The notes: a model not told the origin generated them from the letters alone. Positions 30,444 to 40,990 are shown, counted from the first letter of the stretch. The stretch: 64,000 bases of DNA from Gemmatimonadota bacterium (GCA_036679605.1 JAZDCZ010000398.1:32001-96000); one strand, 5' to 3'. Numbers and translations are program-made.

Positions 30444-31684
30444 CCGCTACCGTCGAGATCGACAGGATCGCGGCGGGCGGTGACGGTGTCGGGCGGATGA
30501 GTGATGGACTGGTAGTGTTCGTCCCACGGACCGCGCCAGGCGACAAGGCTGAAGTAGAGTTGTTGACGCGAAATCGCAGCTTTGCCCGTGCAAGACTGCT
30601 CGGTCTTGCTTCGGAGGGTCCCGACCGTGTCGAACCGACATGTTCTCATTACCGGGTGGACAATTGCGGGGGCTGCCAACTTCAGCACCTCTCACCGGCA
30701 GCACAACTCGAAGTCAAGCGAGCGCTGGTGGGGGATGCTTTACGGCGCATAGGACACCGTGATGTTGCAGATCCATCAATCATCAGTGCATCTGAGCCGT
30801 GGCGTTATCGTTCGAAAATCACCCTATCAGTGTCGAATGGACATCTCGGACTGCACGTGCAGAATCGACCCGATCGCATTTTCGATTTGAAGGACTGTCT
30901 GATCGCCGGCGCACGGATTATGGAACTGTGGGCAGAATTGAGAAAACACGTCAGACTGTTTCCATCTGGCATGACTGGACTCGTGTTGCGGGAGGATCGA
31001 GAGGGCGGACTGCATGTCGTTTGTCTAGGCGGCGAGGCCGTGTGGAACGCGAACGATTTGGTGGCGGCGTTGCCCGATCCCGCCGTATCGATCTGGTGGC
31101 AGCCGGAGCGCGGTGTCCCCAGGGTGGTGGCAGGGAGACAGACGACTTTCCCTGCGGTTGCGTTCGAGCAAGTAAACATGGAATTGGCTGCACGAGTTCG
31201 GAGCGAAGCCGTTGATGGGCTGGGAGAGATTCGGGGCTCTGCGGTTTGGGACCTCTACTCTGGGGTGGGAGACGCCGGGGAGTCACTCGCAGATGCTGGA
31301 GCGCGGGTCTGGTGCGTAGACTCCGACCGGAGTGCGGTGCGGTGGGGAAAGAGACGCCATCGAACGGGGAGCGATGTACCGAGGTTGGGTAGCCTCACTC
31401 GGATTTGTGGACGAGTGGAGGATGAACTGGCTCGCCTTCCTGAGCCCGAGGCGGTAGTTGTCAATCCGCCGAGGACCGGGATGCACAGATCGGTGTCGCA
31501 GAAACTAGAACGATGGGCCGGAGCGAAGCGCGGTCGGTTGCTCTCCTACGTTTCCTGCGATCCGGCCACTCTTGCCCGCGATCTCAATCGCATGCCGTCA
31601 TTGGAGATCCGTTCTGTAAGGGCCTACGATCTCTTTCCACAGACCAGCCATGTCGAGACGCTTGTGGTTCTGGAGAGCAAGTGA
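30440..31684 (+). CDS. rlmD: TRAM-domain 23S rRNA m5U methyltransferase (RlmD-like)
   Basis: TRAM domain, C..CGGC Fe-S motif, FEQVN, NPPRTG, YVSC, DLFPQTSHVE. Confidence 0.85.
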   Translation: MTATVEIDRIAAGGDGVGRMSDGLVVFVPRTAPGDKAEVELLTRNRSFARARLLGLASEGPDRVEPTCSHYRVDNCGGCQLQHLSPAAQLEVKRALVGDALRRIGHRDVADPSIISASEPWRYRSKITLSVSNGHLGLHVQNRPDRIFDLKDCLIAGARIMELWAELRKHVRLFPSGMTGLVLREDREGGLHVVCLGGEAVWNANDLVAALPDPAVSIWWQPERGVPRVVAGRQTTFPAVAFEQVNMELAARVRSEAVDGLGEIRGSAVWDLYSGVGDAGESLADAGARVWCVDSDRSAVRWGKRRHRTGSDVPRLGSLTRICGRVEDELARLPEPEAVVVNPPRTGMHRSVSQKLERWAGAKRGRLLSYVSCDPATLARDLNRMPSLEIRSVRAYDLFPQTSHVETLVVLESK

Positions 31685-32184
31685 AGTACACGGTTACTGT
31701 CGAGGGCAAGGTATTCGAGATCGAAATCGACGCAGAGCGTGTCCGTCTGGATGGGTGCGAGGTTTCGGCAAAGCTGATTGCGGCTCCTCGGCTCCCGATC
31801 CGGAGGCTGGTAATCGGAGATCAGTCGACCATTCTCACCATGAAACGCGAGCAGTCCGGTTGGTCTGTCTCAATGGTCGGAACTACCCGCTCTGTGACGG
31901 TTGAGGATGAACGTGCCCGTCGGCTTCGAGAGGTGGTGTCGGACGGTGAATCAGCAATAACAGGCGGTACTGTCAGAGCCCCGATGCCGGGATTGGTGCT
32001 ACGGGTAGAGGTTGAGGAGGGTCAGTCCATCGATGTTGGAACCGGGCTCGTGGTGCTCGAGGCCATGAAGATGGAGAATGAGATAAAGTCTCCGGCCGGC
32101 GGCAGGGTCAGTTCAATCCAGGTGACAGCGGGCCAGGCCGTAGAAAAAGGGGCTGTATTGGTCGAGGTAGACGTTCAGGGTTGA
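31681..32184 (+). CDS. Biotin carboxyl carrier protein
   Basis: APMPG...EAMKMENE; GTG start overlapping the previous stop. Confidence 0.93.
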   Translation: MKYTVTVEGKVFEIEIDAERVRLDGCEVSAKLIAAPRLPIRRLVIGDQSTILTMKREQSGWSVSMVGTTRSVTVEDERARRLREVVSDGESAITGGTVRAPMPGLVLRVEVEEGQSIDVGTGLVVLEAMKMENEIKSPAGGRVSSIQVTAGQAVEKGAVLVEVDVQG

Positions 32185-32209
32185 CCCCACTAAAAAGCCG
32201 AGGTAAGTT
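32181..32209 (+). promoter_or_regulatory. sigma70 promoter of rplM-rpsI
   Basis: TTGACC-17 bp-TAAGTT. Confidence 0.6.
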
Positions 32210-32268
32210 AAGTGGCTATACGCGTTTGCGCATCACCTGTAACCTGAAGAACTCGCTCAGCGAGGCAA

Positions 32269-32706
32269 ATGAAGACCTATTCTCAAAAGAAGAGCGAGCT
32301 GGAGCATGCCTGGCACATCGTCGATGCCGACGGTGTGGTTTTGGGCAGGCTAGCCAGCAAGGTCGCTCAGTTAATTAGAGGCAAGCACAAGCCTACGTTC
32401 ACGCCGCACATGGACGGAGGCGATTTTGTGGTCGTAATCAATGCCGAGAAGATCCGGCTTACCGGAAGGAAGCTCGAGCAAAAGCAGTATTTCCGCCACA
32501 CCGGTTACATAGGACACGAAAAATTCACGTCGGTTTCTGATATGTTGCGAAAGCATCCTGAGCGGGTAATACAAAAGGCCGTTTTCGGAATGCTTCCGAA
32601 GGGCACTTTGGGAAAGCAGGTCCTCCGGCAAAAACTGAAGGTCTATGCCGGTGGCGAACATCCGCACGCCGGTCAGAGGCCATCTCCAGTCGATTTGGGG
32701 TTGTAG
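32269..32706 (+). CDS. rplM: 50S ribosomal protein L13
   Basis: LGRLAS...RGKHKPTFTPHMDGGD. Confidence 0.98.
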   Translation: MKTYSQKKSELEHAWHIVDADGVVLGRLASKVAQLIRGKHKPTFTPHMDGGDFVVVINAEKIRLTGRKLEQKQYFRHTGYIGHEKFTSVSDMLRKHPERVIQKAVFGMLPKGTLGKQVLRQKLKVYAGGEHPHAGQRPSPVDLGL

Positions 32707-32710
32707 AGAG

Positions 32711-33118
32711 ATGACTACGAAGGAACAGCCGGAAGATAGGTGGCATGCTGTCGGGAGGCGAAAGACATCCGTGGCACGGGTGTACCTCACGCCAGGATCG
32801 GGTAAGTGGAACGTCAACGGTCGAACACTGGGTGACTATTTCCCGCGCCGCTCCCTAATTCAGCACATTCAACAGCCGTTCGTTGTGACCGACACGTTAG
32901 GCGCATTCGATGTCAAGGCACGGGTGTTCGGTGGCGGTATCACCGGGCAGTCCGGCGCCATTATGCTTGCCATATCACGGGCACTAGTTGTGGCCGATGA
33001 AGAACGTCGTAAGAAGTTGCGTTCCCATGGTCTGATGACTCGCGATCCCAGGGCGGTCGAGCGCAAGAAGCCGGGCCAGCCTAAGGCGCGCAAGCGGTTC
33101 CAATTCTCGAAACGGTAG
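32711..33118 (+). CDS. rpsI: 30S ribosomal protein S9
   Basis: GRRKTSVARV, GGGITGQ, ERKKPG...QFSKR. Confidence 0.98.
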   Translation: MTTKEQPEDRWHAVGRRKTSVARVYLTPGSGKWNVNGRTLGDYFPRRSLIQHIQQPFVVTDTLGAFDVKARVFGGGITGQSGAIMLAISRALVVADEERRKKLRSHGLMTRDPRAVERKKPGQPKARKRFQFSKR

Positions 33119-33138
33119 GACTTTAGCGAAGAATTTCT

Positions 33139-33217
33139 CACACCGTTGGATTCGGCTCGGGGTGTCCGTAGTAGCAGCGGATCGGAGCCGGAGATGAAGA
33201 CGGTGGACGAATAACCC
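33139..33217 (+). ncRNA. rpsB (S2) autoregulatory leader, t44-like
   Basis: CACAC...CGGGGUG-hairpin-UCGG...GUGGA...AUAACCC, the landmarks of the E. coli rpsB leader as recalled; CACCGU/ACGGUG and CGGCUC/GAGCCG stems. Confidence 0.7.
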
Positions 33218-33232
33218 AAGGACTAGCATTAG

Positions 33233-34183
33233 ATGGCACAACCAGAACTCCAAGATTTGCTTAAGGCCGGCGTACACTTTGGGCATCAGACACGCCGCTG
33301 GAATCCCAAGATGCGCCGTTTCATCTTTGCCGAGCGCTCGGGCATCTATCTCATAGATCTTCAGAAGACCCTCAAGCAACTAAAGATCGCACAAGACTTG
33401 ATTCGTGACGTGCTCATGAAGGGTGAAAGCATTCTATTCGTTTGCACCAAGAAGCAGCTCAACATGATCGTGAAATCCGAGGCAGAGAGATGTGGTGCGC
33501 AGTGGGTTACTGAGCGTTGGCTTGGTGGCACGCTGACGAATTTCCATACGATCAAGAAGCAGACTAGGCGGCTTCGGGAACTCGAGCAGGGGCAAGAGGA
33601 CGGAAGCTACGAGTTCTTGATCAAGAAGGAGAGGCTCCAACTCGATCGCGAGCGCCAAAAACTGCATCGCAATCTCGAGGGCATCAAGAACATGGGGCGG
33701 CTTCCGGGTGTCATGTTTGTCGTCGATGCGAAGAAGGAGCGCATCGCGATTGCTGAAGCCAACAAGCTTTCGATCCCGGTCATTGCGATCGTTGACACGA
33801 ACGCAGATCCAGATTTGATAACAGTCCCGATACCCGGGAACGACGATGCGATCCGGTCCGTATCCGTCATCACGGAAGCAATTGTGGATCTTATTTCCGA
33901 AGTCCGCACACAGGTCCCGGCGCGAGACGTGGCGGTGGAAGCGGAGCCGTACAGCACCTACAGCACGGACAGATTTGAAGGAGATGCAAGCGATTCGCGG
34001 CGGCGGCCCCGTAAGAGACGACCAAAACCTGAGGCTATTGCAGCGCGACTGAAGACCGACGTTCCGCCGGAGCAGGCGGCAACTTCCCCCGAGCCGACGG
34101 TGGAGGTCGGCGCTGCTGAACCCAGCAAAGAAAGTGTCGCCCCGGTGGAATCGAGTGACGCTGGTACCGAAGGGCAGGACTGA
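33233..34183 (+). CDS. rpsB: 30S ribosomal protein S2
   Basis: AGVHFGHQTRRWNPKM, RWLGGTLTN, PGNDDAIRS. Confidence 0.98.
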   Translation: MAQPELQDLLKAGVHFGHQTRRWNPKMRRFIFAERSGIYLIDLQKTLKQLKIAQDLIRDVLMKGESILFVCTKKQLNMIVKSEAERCGAQWVTERWLGGTLTNFHTIKKQTRRLRELEQGQEDGSYEFLIKKERLQLDRERQKLHRNLEGIKNMGRLPGVMFVVDAKKERIAIAEANKLSIPVIAIVDTNADPDLITVPIPGNDDAIRSVSVITEAIVDLISEVRTQVPARDVAVEAEPYSTYSTDRFEGDASDSRRRPRKRRPKPEAIAARLKTDVPPEQAATSPEPTVEVGAAEPSKESVAPVESSDAGTEGQD

Positions 34184-34210
34184 TCCCAACTGTTGAGGAA
34201 TCGGGTCCTT

Positions 34211-34249
34211 GCCGCCGCTGCCGACCACCAAAGGTGTCGACGGCGGCGG
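34211..34249 (+). other. GC-rich stem-loop in the rpsB-tsf spacer (attenuator or processing site)
   Basis: GCCGCCG...CGAC-CACC-AAA-GGTG-TCG...CGGCGGC. Confidence 0.5.
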
Positions 34250-34294
34250 TTCTCACATAAACGACTCATAGAGTTTGACTAGGATATTTTTCTG

Positions 34295-34894
34295 ATGGCA
34301 ACAAAGGTTTCCGCCAAAGAAGTAAGCGCCTTACGTACCCGTACCGGTGTGGGCATGATGGAGTGCAAGAAGGCACTCCAAGAGACCGACGGTGACTTAG
34401 AGAAGGCAGTGGATCTTCTGCGGCAAAAGGGTATGGCAAAGGCCGGCGGGCGAGCGGGAAGGATAACGAGCGAGGGAGTGATCGGTAGCTACCTACACTT
34501 CAATGGCCGAATTGGAGTCTTGGTCGAGTTGAATTGCGAGACCGATTTCGTCGCCCGTACCGACGATTTTCGTGACCTTGCCAACGACCTGGCAATTCAT
34601 GTTGCTTCAGCGAACCCAGTTTCTGTATCGACAGAGCAGGTCCCTGAGGATATCGTGTCTCGGGAGCGGAATATCATCGAGAAGCAGGTGGCCGACTCCG
34701 GTAAACCCGAACAGGTCAGAGAGAAGATGGTAGAGGGCAAGCTCAAGAAGTTCTTCAAGGAGCGAGTTTTGCTGGAGCAGCCGTTCGTCAAGGACGACAA
34801 GATGAGCGTGGGCGAACTGGTGACCCAAGTATCTACCAAGGTCGGTGAGAATCTGGTGGTGCGTAGGTTCGTGCGGTACGAACTAGGGGAATAG
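34295..34894 (+). CDS. tsf: Elongation factor Ts (short form)
   Basis: [27 protein letters not shown]. Confidence 0.98.
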   Translation: MATKVSAKEVSALRTRTGVGMMECKKALQETDGDLEKAVDLLRQKGMAKAGGRAGRITSEGVIGSYLHFNGRIGVLVELNCETDFVARTDDFRDLANDLAIHVASANPVSVSTEQVPEDIVSRERNIIEKQVADSGKPEQVREKMVEGKLKKFFKERVLLEQPFVKDDKMSVGELVTQVSTKVGENLVVRRFVRYELGE

Positions 34895-34896
34895 TA

Positions 34897-35610
34897 ATGA
34901 GCGACATCCGCTATCACCGTGTGCTACTCAAGTTGTCAGGCGAGGCACTTGCAGGTGACCAAGGATTTGGAATCGATTTCGGCGTTGTGGAGCGACTGGC
35001 CGACGAGATTAAGGACGTGCGAGCCACCGGGGTTGCTCTCGGTGTAGTCGTCGGTGGTGGCAACATTGTCCGCGGTGCGGTAGCGAGTCAGCAAGGAATG
35101 GATCGTGTGTCAGCCGACTACATGGGTATGTTGGCGACCGTGATCAATGCCTTGGCCATTCAAGATATCCTAGAGCGTAAGGAAGTCGACACTCGGGTGA
35201 TGACGGCCATTAGGATGGAAGAACTTGCTGAACCCTACATTCGTCGCCGGGCGCAGCGTCACCTCGAGAAGGGCCGCATCGTCCTGTTCGCGGGTGGGAC
35301 TGGAAACCCGTACTTTTCCACTGACACTGCAGCGGTGCTGCGGGCTCTGGAGATAGAGGCGGATTTGCTCATCAAGGCAACCAGCGTGGACGGCGTCTAC
35401 GATGCCGATCCAAAGAAAACCCCGAATGCTGAGTTCATCCCGGAACTGAGCTTCCAGGACGCGATCGTTCGCGGCCTCGAGGTGATGGATGCTAATGCCT
35501 TTGGCCTTTGCAAGGAGAATTCCTTGCCTATCATCGTCATGAACGTCAACCAGCAGGGTGCTATCTCGCGCGTTCTAAAGGGCGACCGGGTCGGCACAAT
35601 CGTACGATGA
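34897..35610 (+). CDS. pyrH: UMP kinase
   Basis: [25 protein letters not shown]. Confidence 0.98.
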   Translation: MSDIRYHRVLLKLSGEALAGDQGFGIDFGVVERLADEIKDVRATGVALGVVVGGGNIVRGAVASQQGMDRVSADYMGMLATVINALAIQDILERKEVDTRVMTAIRMEELAEPYIRRRAQRHLEKGRIVLFAGGTGNPYFSTDTAAVLRALEIEADLLIKATSVDGVYDADPKKTPNAEFIPELSFQDAIVRGLEVMDANAFGLCKENSLPIIVMNVNQQGAISRVLKGDRVGTIVR

Positions 35611-36161
35611 AAACACTGCAAGATGTTTCCAAGGAATCGAAGCGCCAGATGCACAAGGCGATCGAGAACACCAAGCGTGAACTGGCCACCATCCGAAGCG
35701 GCAAGGCTACGACGAGTCTGCTGGACACAGTCAGGGTCGATGCATACGGGCAGCAAGTGCCGCTGAATCAAGTAGCGTCCGTGGCTGCACCTGAGCCACA
35801 AATGCTGACGGTCCAGCCGTGGGACAAGACACTCATTGGTGCTATAGAGAAGGGAATACTCACGTCAGACTTGGGCCTCAACCCATCGAATGACGGAACC
35901 CTGATCCGCGTGCCGCTACCTCCGTTGACCGAGGAGCGTCGAAAAGATCTCGCCAAGATCGTACGGAAACTGGCCGAGGAGGGGAAGATTGCGGTGAGGC
36001 ATGCACGCACGGAGGCGATATCCGGTGTCAAGAAAATCGAACACGTATCCGAAGACGACAAGCATCGGACCGAGGTAGACATTCAAAAGCATCACGACGA
36101 TGCAGTTCAACAGCTTCATTCGATTGTTGAGGCCAAAGAACGGGAAATCATGGAGGTCTGA
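35607..36161 (+). CDS. frr: Ribosome recycling factor
   Basis: [26 protein letters not shown]. Confidence 0.97.
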   Translation: MKTLQDVSKESKRQMHKAIENTKRELATIRSGKATTSLLDTVRVDAYGQQVPLNQVASVAAPEPQMLTVQPWDKTLIGAIEKGILTSDLGLNPSNDGTLIRVPLPPLTEERRKDLAKIVRKLAEEGKIAVRHARTEAISGVKKIEHVSEDDKHRTEVDIQKHHDDAVQQLHSIVEAKEREIMEV

Positions 36162-36191
36162 CTCCTCTATCGTTATGACCCCTCGAATGTC

Positions 36192-37058
36192 GTGATCTCT
36201 TCAAATCTGGCCCGCAGGATTTCCGTGATAGTGGTGGTGATACCAGCCGCCCTGGGAGTAGTGTATGTGGGTGGATGGGCGCTGGCGATCGCTATTGCTG
36301 CATTTGGCGTTCTTGGAGCGTCTGAGTTCTACCGCCTGGCAGAACACAAAGGCATTCAACCTCTCAAGGCAGTGGGTTTTGCGGGAGCTGCACTCCCGGC
36401 ACTGGCCGTATTTGCGGTATCTGCGGACGGGTTGGACCTCGAGGGCGCATGGTTCGCGTTTGGTCTATCCGTTTGGATCATTGCCGTCCTCATGGTGGCT
36501 ATGCGACGCAGGGGGCCGGATCAGAATCCGTTGGCCAGCGTCGCGATTACGGTGTTCGGCGCGCTGTACGCCGGCGGAATGATCGCCTTCGTAATTCTCA
36601 TAAGACATCCGCACGCCCCCTACACATCATGGGGCGCGACCTGGTTGGTGTTCCTCCCGCTGGCCGTGGTTTGGATATGCGACAGCCTGGCTATGGGCTG
36701 CGGGTCGCTGATTGGCGGTCCCAAGCTCGCCCCGGTGCTAAGTCCCAATAAGACGTGGGCGGGGGCCATAGGAGGAAGCATCGGCGGGGCGTTTCTAGTG
36801 GCGCCGTTGTATGGCCATTTCATTCTTGAGCGAGTGGGAATCCAGTTGTCGCTGTGGCAATTGGTAACGTTGGGCCTGGTGGTGTCAGGGCTCGGCCAAG
36901 TGGGGGACGTTGCCGAGTCCTTGTTCAAGCGCGAAGCGGGCGTCAAGGATTCAGGCGGTTTCTTCCCCGGCCACGGCGGCGTGCTCGACCGGTTCGATTC
37001 GATGTACTGGGCGTTGCCGGTAGCGGCGATCATGCTCAACCTGTACGGTACGATATGA
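36192..37058 (+). CDS. cdsA: Phosphatidate cytidylyltransferase
   Basis: SPNKTWAG, GDVAESLFKREAGVKDSG...PGHGGVLDRFDS. Confidence 0.96.
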   Translation: MISSNLARRISVIVVVIPAALGVVYVGGWALAIAIAAFGVLGASEFYRLAEHKGIQPLKAVGFAGAALPALAVFAVSADGLDLEGAWFAFGLSVWIIAVLMVAMRRRGPDQNPLASVAITVFGALYAGGMIAFVILIRHPHAPYTSWGATWLVFLPLAVVWICDSLAMGCGSLIGGPKLAPVLSPNKTWAGAIGGSIGGAFLVAPLYGHFILERVGIQLSLWQLVTLGLVVSGLGQVGDVAESLFKREAGVKDSGGFFPGHGGVLDRFDSMYWALPVAAIMLNLYGTI

Positions 37059-38191
37059 GCACTGGCGTAGCGATACTGGGTTCGACGGGTTCGATTGGCA
37101 CCAGTACTTTGCGGGTCCTGGAGCGCCAGCGCGACCACTTCCACGTGGTAGCGCTTACGGCTAACGGGTCGGACGAATTGCTTTACAGGCAGGCCGAGTC
37201 CGCTGGCGCCAAGGTTGTGGGCCTGGTGGCCGGGCCTTCAAATGGAGTCCCGGCAAGGACCAACTTGAGCCCGGGGCCAAAGTGTTTGGTGGAGGCGGCC
37301 ACCCATCCGGATGTCGATATCGTGGTCAATGCTGTGGTGGGTTCGGCAGGGCTCGAGGCTACTATCGCAGCGCTGAAGTGCCAAAAACGTGTTGCTCTCG
37401 CGAACAAGGAAACCTTGGTGATGGCGGGTGACCTTGTGCTCGAAACCGCGCGGACGCACGGCGGAGAGATCGTACCGATCGATTCGGAGCACAGTGCCGT
37501 GCTCCAGTGTGTTACCGGCAGGCCGGACGTTGAACTCGCAAGACTCATACTTACGGCTTCCGGTGGCCCGTTTAGGGAGTGGCCGATCGAGCGGTTGAGG
37601 CGGGCGACTGTCGAAGAAACGCTCAAGCACCCGACATGGCGGATGGGACCTAAGATCACGGTCGATAGTGCGAGTCTTGCTAACAAGGCGCTGGAAGTGA
37701 TTGAGGCGCACCATTTGTTCGGTTTGGGGTATGATGCCATCGATGTGGTCGTTCACCCACAATCGATCGTCCATGCCTTCACTGAGTTTGTCGACGGTTC
37801 GGTGTTGGCCCAAGTTGGGTTCCCTAGCATGGAGCTGCCGATCTTGTATGCGCTGACACATCCGGGGCGTCTGGCTGACACGGCGCTGCCACGGTTCGAC
37901 CCGGTCGCCGCCGGATCGCTCACATTCGAGCCGCTCAGGAAAGATGCTTTTCCGGCCTTTTCGTTGGGAGTCGAGGCCGGCAGAGCGGGGGGAACTGCAC
38001 CGGCCGTATTCAACGCCGCTAACGAAGTGGCTGTGCAAGCTTTTCTCGATAGCCGGATCTCTTTTGGCAAGGTAGTTGAAGTAATCGAAAAGGTCTTGAG
38101 CATCCATACTGCCGGCTCGGCACTAGAGATGGAAACCATTCTGGCAGCCGACCGCTGGGCTCGTGAAGCGACGGGGGCTGAATGTTGCTGA
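37055..38191 (+). CDS. dxr: 1-deoxy-D-xylulose-5-phosphate reductoisomerase
   Basis: LGSTGSIG, LANKE, PIDSEH, TASGGPF, NKALEVIEA. Confidence 0.97.
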   Translation: MSTGVAILGSTGSIGTSTLRVLERQRDHFHVVALTANGSDELLYRQAESAGAKVVGLVAGPSNGVPARTNLSPGPKCLVEAATHPDVDIVVNAVVGSAGLEATIAALKCQKRVALANKETLVMAGDLVLETARTHGGEIVPIDSEHSAVLQCVTGRPDVELARLILTASGGPFREWPIERLRRATVEETLKHPTWRMGPKITVDSASLANKALEVIEAHHLFGLGYDAIDVVVHPQSIVHAFTEFVDGSVLAQVGFPSMELPILYALTHPGRLADTALPRFDPVAAGSLTFEPLRKDAFPAFSLGVEAGRAGGTAPAVFNAANEVAVQAFLDSRISFGKVVEVIEKVLSIHTAGSALEMETILAADRWAREATGAECC

Positions 38192-39549
38192 CTATCGCCG
38201 CGTTTGGATTCGTACTTGGTGTATTGATCCTGGTACACGAACTCGGTCACTTCATTGCCGCGAAGGCAATGGGGATCGGGGTGCCGCGCTTCTCGATCGG
38301 TTTTGGTCCTGCCACGCCCATCAAGTTCCGGCACGGCGAAACCGAGTACCAAATCTCTTGGTTTCCGCTTGGTGGTTACGTCAAGATGGCCAGCAAAGAG
38401 GAACAAGAGGCCATGGAATCGTTGGAGGGCGGTGCTCTTGACGAGAACTATCCCCCCGAAAAGCTCTTCGAGAGCAAATCCCTGCCTGCGCGCATTCTGG
38501 TAATTTCGGCCGGCGTAATCATGAATGCACTGTTCGCATGGGCTGTCTACAGTGGCATTGCGGCAGTATACGGTCGAGTGCTTGATCCCAATACGACCAT
38601 CGCCCGCGTTGATTCGGCAAGACTCCCCGCGGAAGCTGCTGCTCTAGCGACGATTCCTTTTGGAACCCAAGTGATACGTGTCAATGGCGACACTGCCGCG
38701 TACTGGGACGATCTACAGCGTGGCGTGCTCGATCCGACATCAGAGAATCTAAGGTTCGAGTTCGCCGACGGCCTCGAACCGATCGCGATTGCGATCCCCG
38801 GGGTCGATACGGAAGCAAGAGAACGAATACTTGTGGCTATCGAACCGCTGTGGGAGCCCCGAGTCGGTTTGGTCGACCCGGGCCAGCCGGCCGCGGTCGC
38901 CGGTCTCGAGCAAGACGATCTAATCCTGAGGGCCGATGGAGACACGATCCCCTCGTGGGGCAACCTGGTGGCTGCAGTGGAGAGAAGCGTTGAAACGCCT
39001 CTTACCCTGACGATCCTGCGTGCCGATTCAATATTTGATGTCTCCGTGGTGCCCGTGGAGCGGACGATCCAAGATCCGATCACGGGCGAGACCGGCAAAG
39101 CGGGCCGGATCGGGATAGGTAGGCAGGCGGACTTCATACGTGTGCGTTATGGCCTGGCGGAAGCCATCGTCCAGGGCGCCCGCGAAACAGGGACTATGGG
39201 TGGGCTGGTGCTATTCACGCTCAAGGGAATGGTGGTCGGCACCGTTTCACCGCGGGAACTAGGCGGCCCGATCTTGATCGGTCAGGCGGCCGGTCAGTTC
39301 GCGAGCTTGGGTGGAGCAGCCCTGTTCAGTTTTATGGCGTTTCTTTCGATCAACTTGGCAATCCTGAATTTGCTGCCGATTCCAGTACTCGACGGGGGCC
39401 ATCTACTCTTTCTCTTGGCAGAGGGAGTCAGAGGGAAGCCGCTATCTCTCACTCTTCGTATGAGACTGACCCAGGCCGGTCTCGTCGTTTTGCTCGGAAT
39501 CATGGCGCTGGCGATTACCAACGACCTGTTTCGCGTCTTCAGCGGATGA
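38182..39549 (+). CDS. rseP: RIP metalloprotease RseP
   Basis: HELGH, PDZ domains, NLLPIPVLDGG. Confidence 0.96.
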   Translation: MLLTIAAFGFVLGVLILVHELGHFIAAKAMGIGVPRFSIGFGPATPIKFRHGETEYQISWFPLGGYVKMASKEEQEAMESLEGGALDENYPPEKLFESKSLPARILVISAGVIMNALFAWAVYSGIAAVYGRVLDPNTTIARVDSARLPAEAAALATIPFGTQVIRVNGDTAAYWDDLQRGVLDPTSENLRFEFADGLEPIAIAIPGVDTEARERILVAIEPLWEPRVGLVDPGQPAAVAGLEQDDLILRADGDTIPSWGNLVAAVERSVETPLTLTILRADSIFDVSVVPVERTIQDPITGETGKAGRIGIGRQADFIRVRYGLAEAIVQGARETGTMGGLVLFTLKGMVVGTVSPRELGGPILIGQAAGQFASLGGAALFSFMAFLSINLAILNLLPIPVLDGGHLLFLLAEGVRGKPLSLTLRMRLTQAGLVVLLGIMALAITNDLFRVFSG

Positions 39550-39556
39550 CATAGGG

Positions 39557-39603
39557 TCAATGTAGAATGTCCAATGACCAAGTTGGACATCATTGGACAT
39601 TGA
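39557..39603. repeat. 7-bp-periodic palindrome between convergent genes (possible bidirectional terminator or REP-like element)
   Basis: AATGTCCAATGA (39566-77) / TCATTGGACATT (39590-601), a perfect 12-bp inverted repeat. Confidence 0.65.
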
Positions 39604-39640
39604 GCGTTGATAAAACACGACCTCGAAGACCAGTCCGGGT

Positions 39641-40624
39641 CTATTTTCCCAGCACCACTATGAGCACGGCAACCACCACGACCAGCACTACGGCCGCCAG
39701 GGGCATGATCCATTTGGGACGGTCAGCCGACTCTGCTACGGCTGTGAAATCGAAATCCTCAGGGGACGTGCCGAACATGCTGGTCCGGCGCAGGCGATCG
39801 GCGATGTTGTTTAGGTCGTCGAGCAGGGCATTGGCCGACTCATAGCGATCGTCCGGATGTTTTGCCAAGCAGCGCAGGATGATTCTCTCGAATCGCGCTG
39901 AGATATCGGGCCGCTTTTCTCGCGGCGGCGTCGGCTGGTCCTCAACGTGCATGCGGGCCAACTCGAACCAGTCAGCCGACCGGAACGGCACTTCCCCTGT
40001 AACCGCCTTGTAGAGAGTGATGCCGAGGGCGTAGAGGTCGCTGCGCCCATCCAGCTTGCGCCCCTGGGCCTGCTCCGGGGAGATGTATTGTGGCGTCCCA
40101 ATCGTCATGTTGACCCCGGTTGCCGACACGTAGCCGGAGATGGCGCGCGCGATACCGAAGTCAGAGATGACGGCGTCGCCTTCCTTAGTTAGGAGAATGT
40201 TGTCTACCTTGATGTCGCGGTGGATAACCCCGCTCTCGTGAGCGAAGGCCAGGGCAGACGCGACGTCGATCGCTATTCTGACGAGCGTGACTTCGCTGAG
40301 AACCCCGTCCCGTTCGATATGGGAAGACAAAGATTCGGGATAGAGGTGCATCGAGAAGTAGGTGATGTCATCGACCTGGCCTACCTCCAGAATGCGCGCG
40401 ACGTTGGGGTGCGTTAGCTGAGAAGCAAAATTAGACTCGTTGCGGAACCGTGTCTCAAATTCCTTGTCGCCCGAATAGCGCGGCTTCAATACCTTGAGCG
40501 CCACCTTACGGCCATCATCATGCTGGGCTTCGAAGACCCACGAGAATCCCCCAGCGCCGATCAGGCGCTCAGGGATATATGGGCCAATGGTTCTGCCAAT
40601 GAGATCTGTTGAATCAAGAGCCAT
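39641..40624 (-). CDS. Ser/Thr protein kinase with C-terminal membrane anchor
   Basis: GAGGFS, VALK, HRDIKVDN, DFG, GTPQYISPE; terminal TM segment. Confidence 0.93.
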   Translation of the reverse strand: MALDSTDLIGRTIGPYIPERLIGAGGFSWVFEAQHDDGRKVALKVLKPRYSGDKEFETRFRNESNFASQLTHPNVARILEVGQVDDITYFSMHLYPESLSSHIERDGVLSEVTLVRIAIDVASALAFAHESGVIHRDIKVDNILLTKEGDAVISDFGIARAISGYVSATGVNMTIGTPQYISPEQAQGRKLDGRSDLYALGITLYKAVTGEVPFRSADWFELARMHVEDQPTPPREKRPDISARFERIILRCLAKHPDDRYESANALLDDLNNIADRLRRTSMFGTSPEDFDFTAVAESADRPKWIMPLAAVVLVVVVAVLIVVLGK

Positions 40625-40632
40625 TATCGGTC

Positions 40633-40661
40633 TTTACAGCGTCGAGGGGAGCAGCTAAATT
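40633..40661 (+). promoter_or_regulatory. sigma70 promoter of rpsO-pnp
   Basis: TTTACA-17 bp-TAAATT. Confidence 0.55.
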
Positions 40662-40729
40662 ATTGTGCTATTGTAGAATAGGAGTTTCCGGGATCTTAAA
40701 CGGCCCGCTTTCTGGAGGATACATATTTA

Positions 40730-40990
40730 ATGAGTTTTGACAAGCAGGCCGTGATCCGGAAGTACCAGCGACACGCCTCCGACACAGGCTCCACAGAGCT
40801 TCAGGTTTCCATGCTGACAGAGCGCATATCGGCGCTGACTGATCACTTCAGAACACACAAGAAGGACCATCATGGGCGCCGCGGCTTGATGACGATGGTG
40901 AGCAAGAGGCGCCGGCTGCTGAACTATCTCAAGGGTACCAACGTCGAAGGTTACAGAAAGCTGATTGCCGATCTTGGCCTTCGCCGCTAG
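40730..40990 (+). CDS. rpsO: 30S ribosomal protein S15
   Basis: [28 protein letters not shown]. Confidence 0.98.
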   Translation: MSFDKQAVIRKYQRHASDTGSTELQVSMLTERISALTDHFRTHKKDHHGRRGLMTMVSKRRRLLNYLKGTNVEGYRKLIADLGLRR

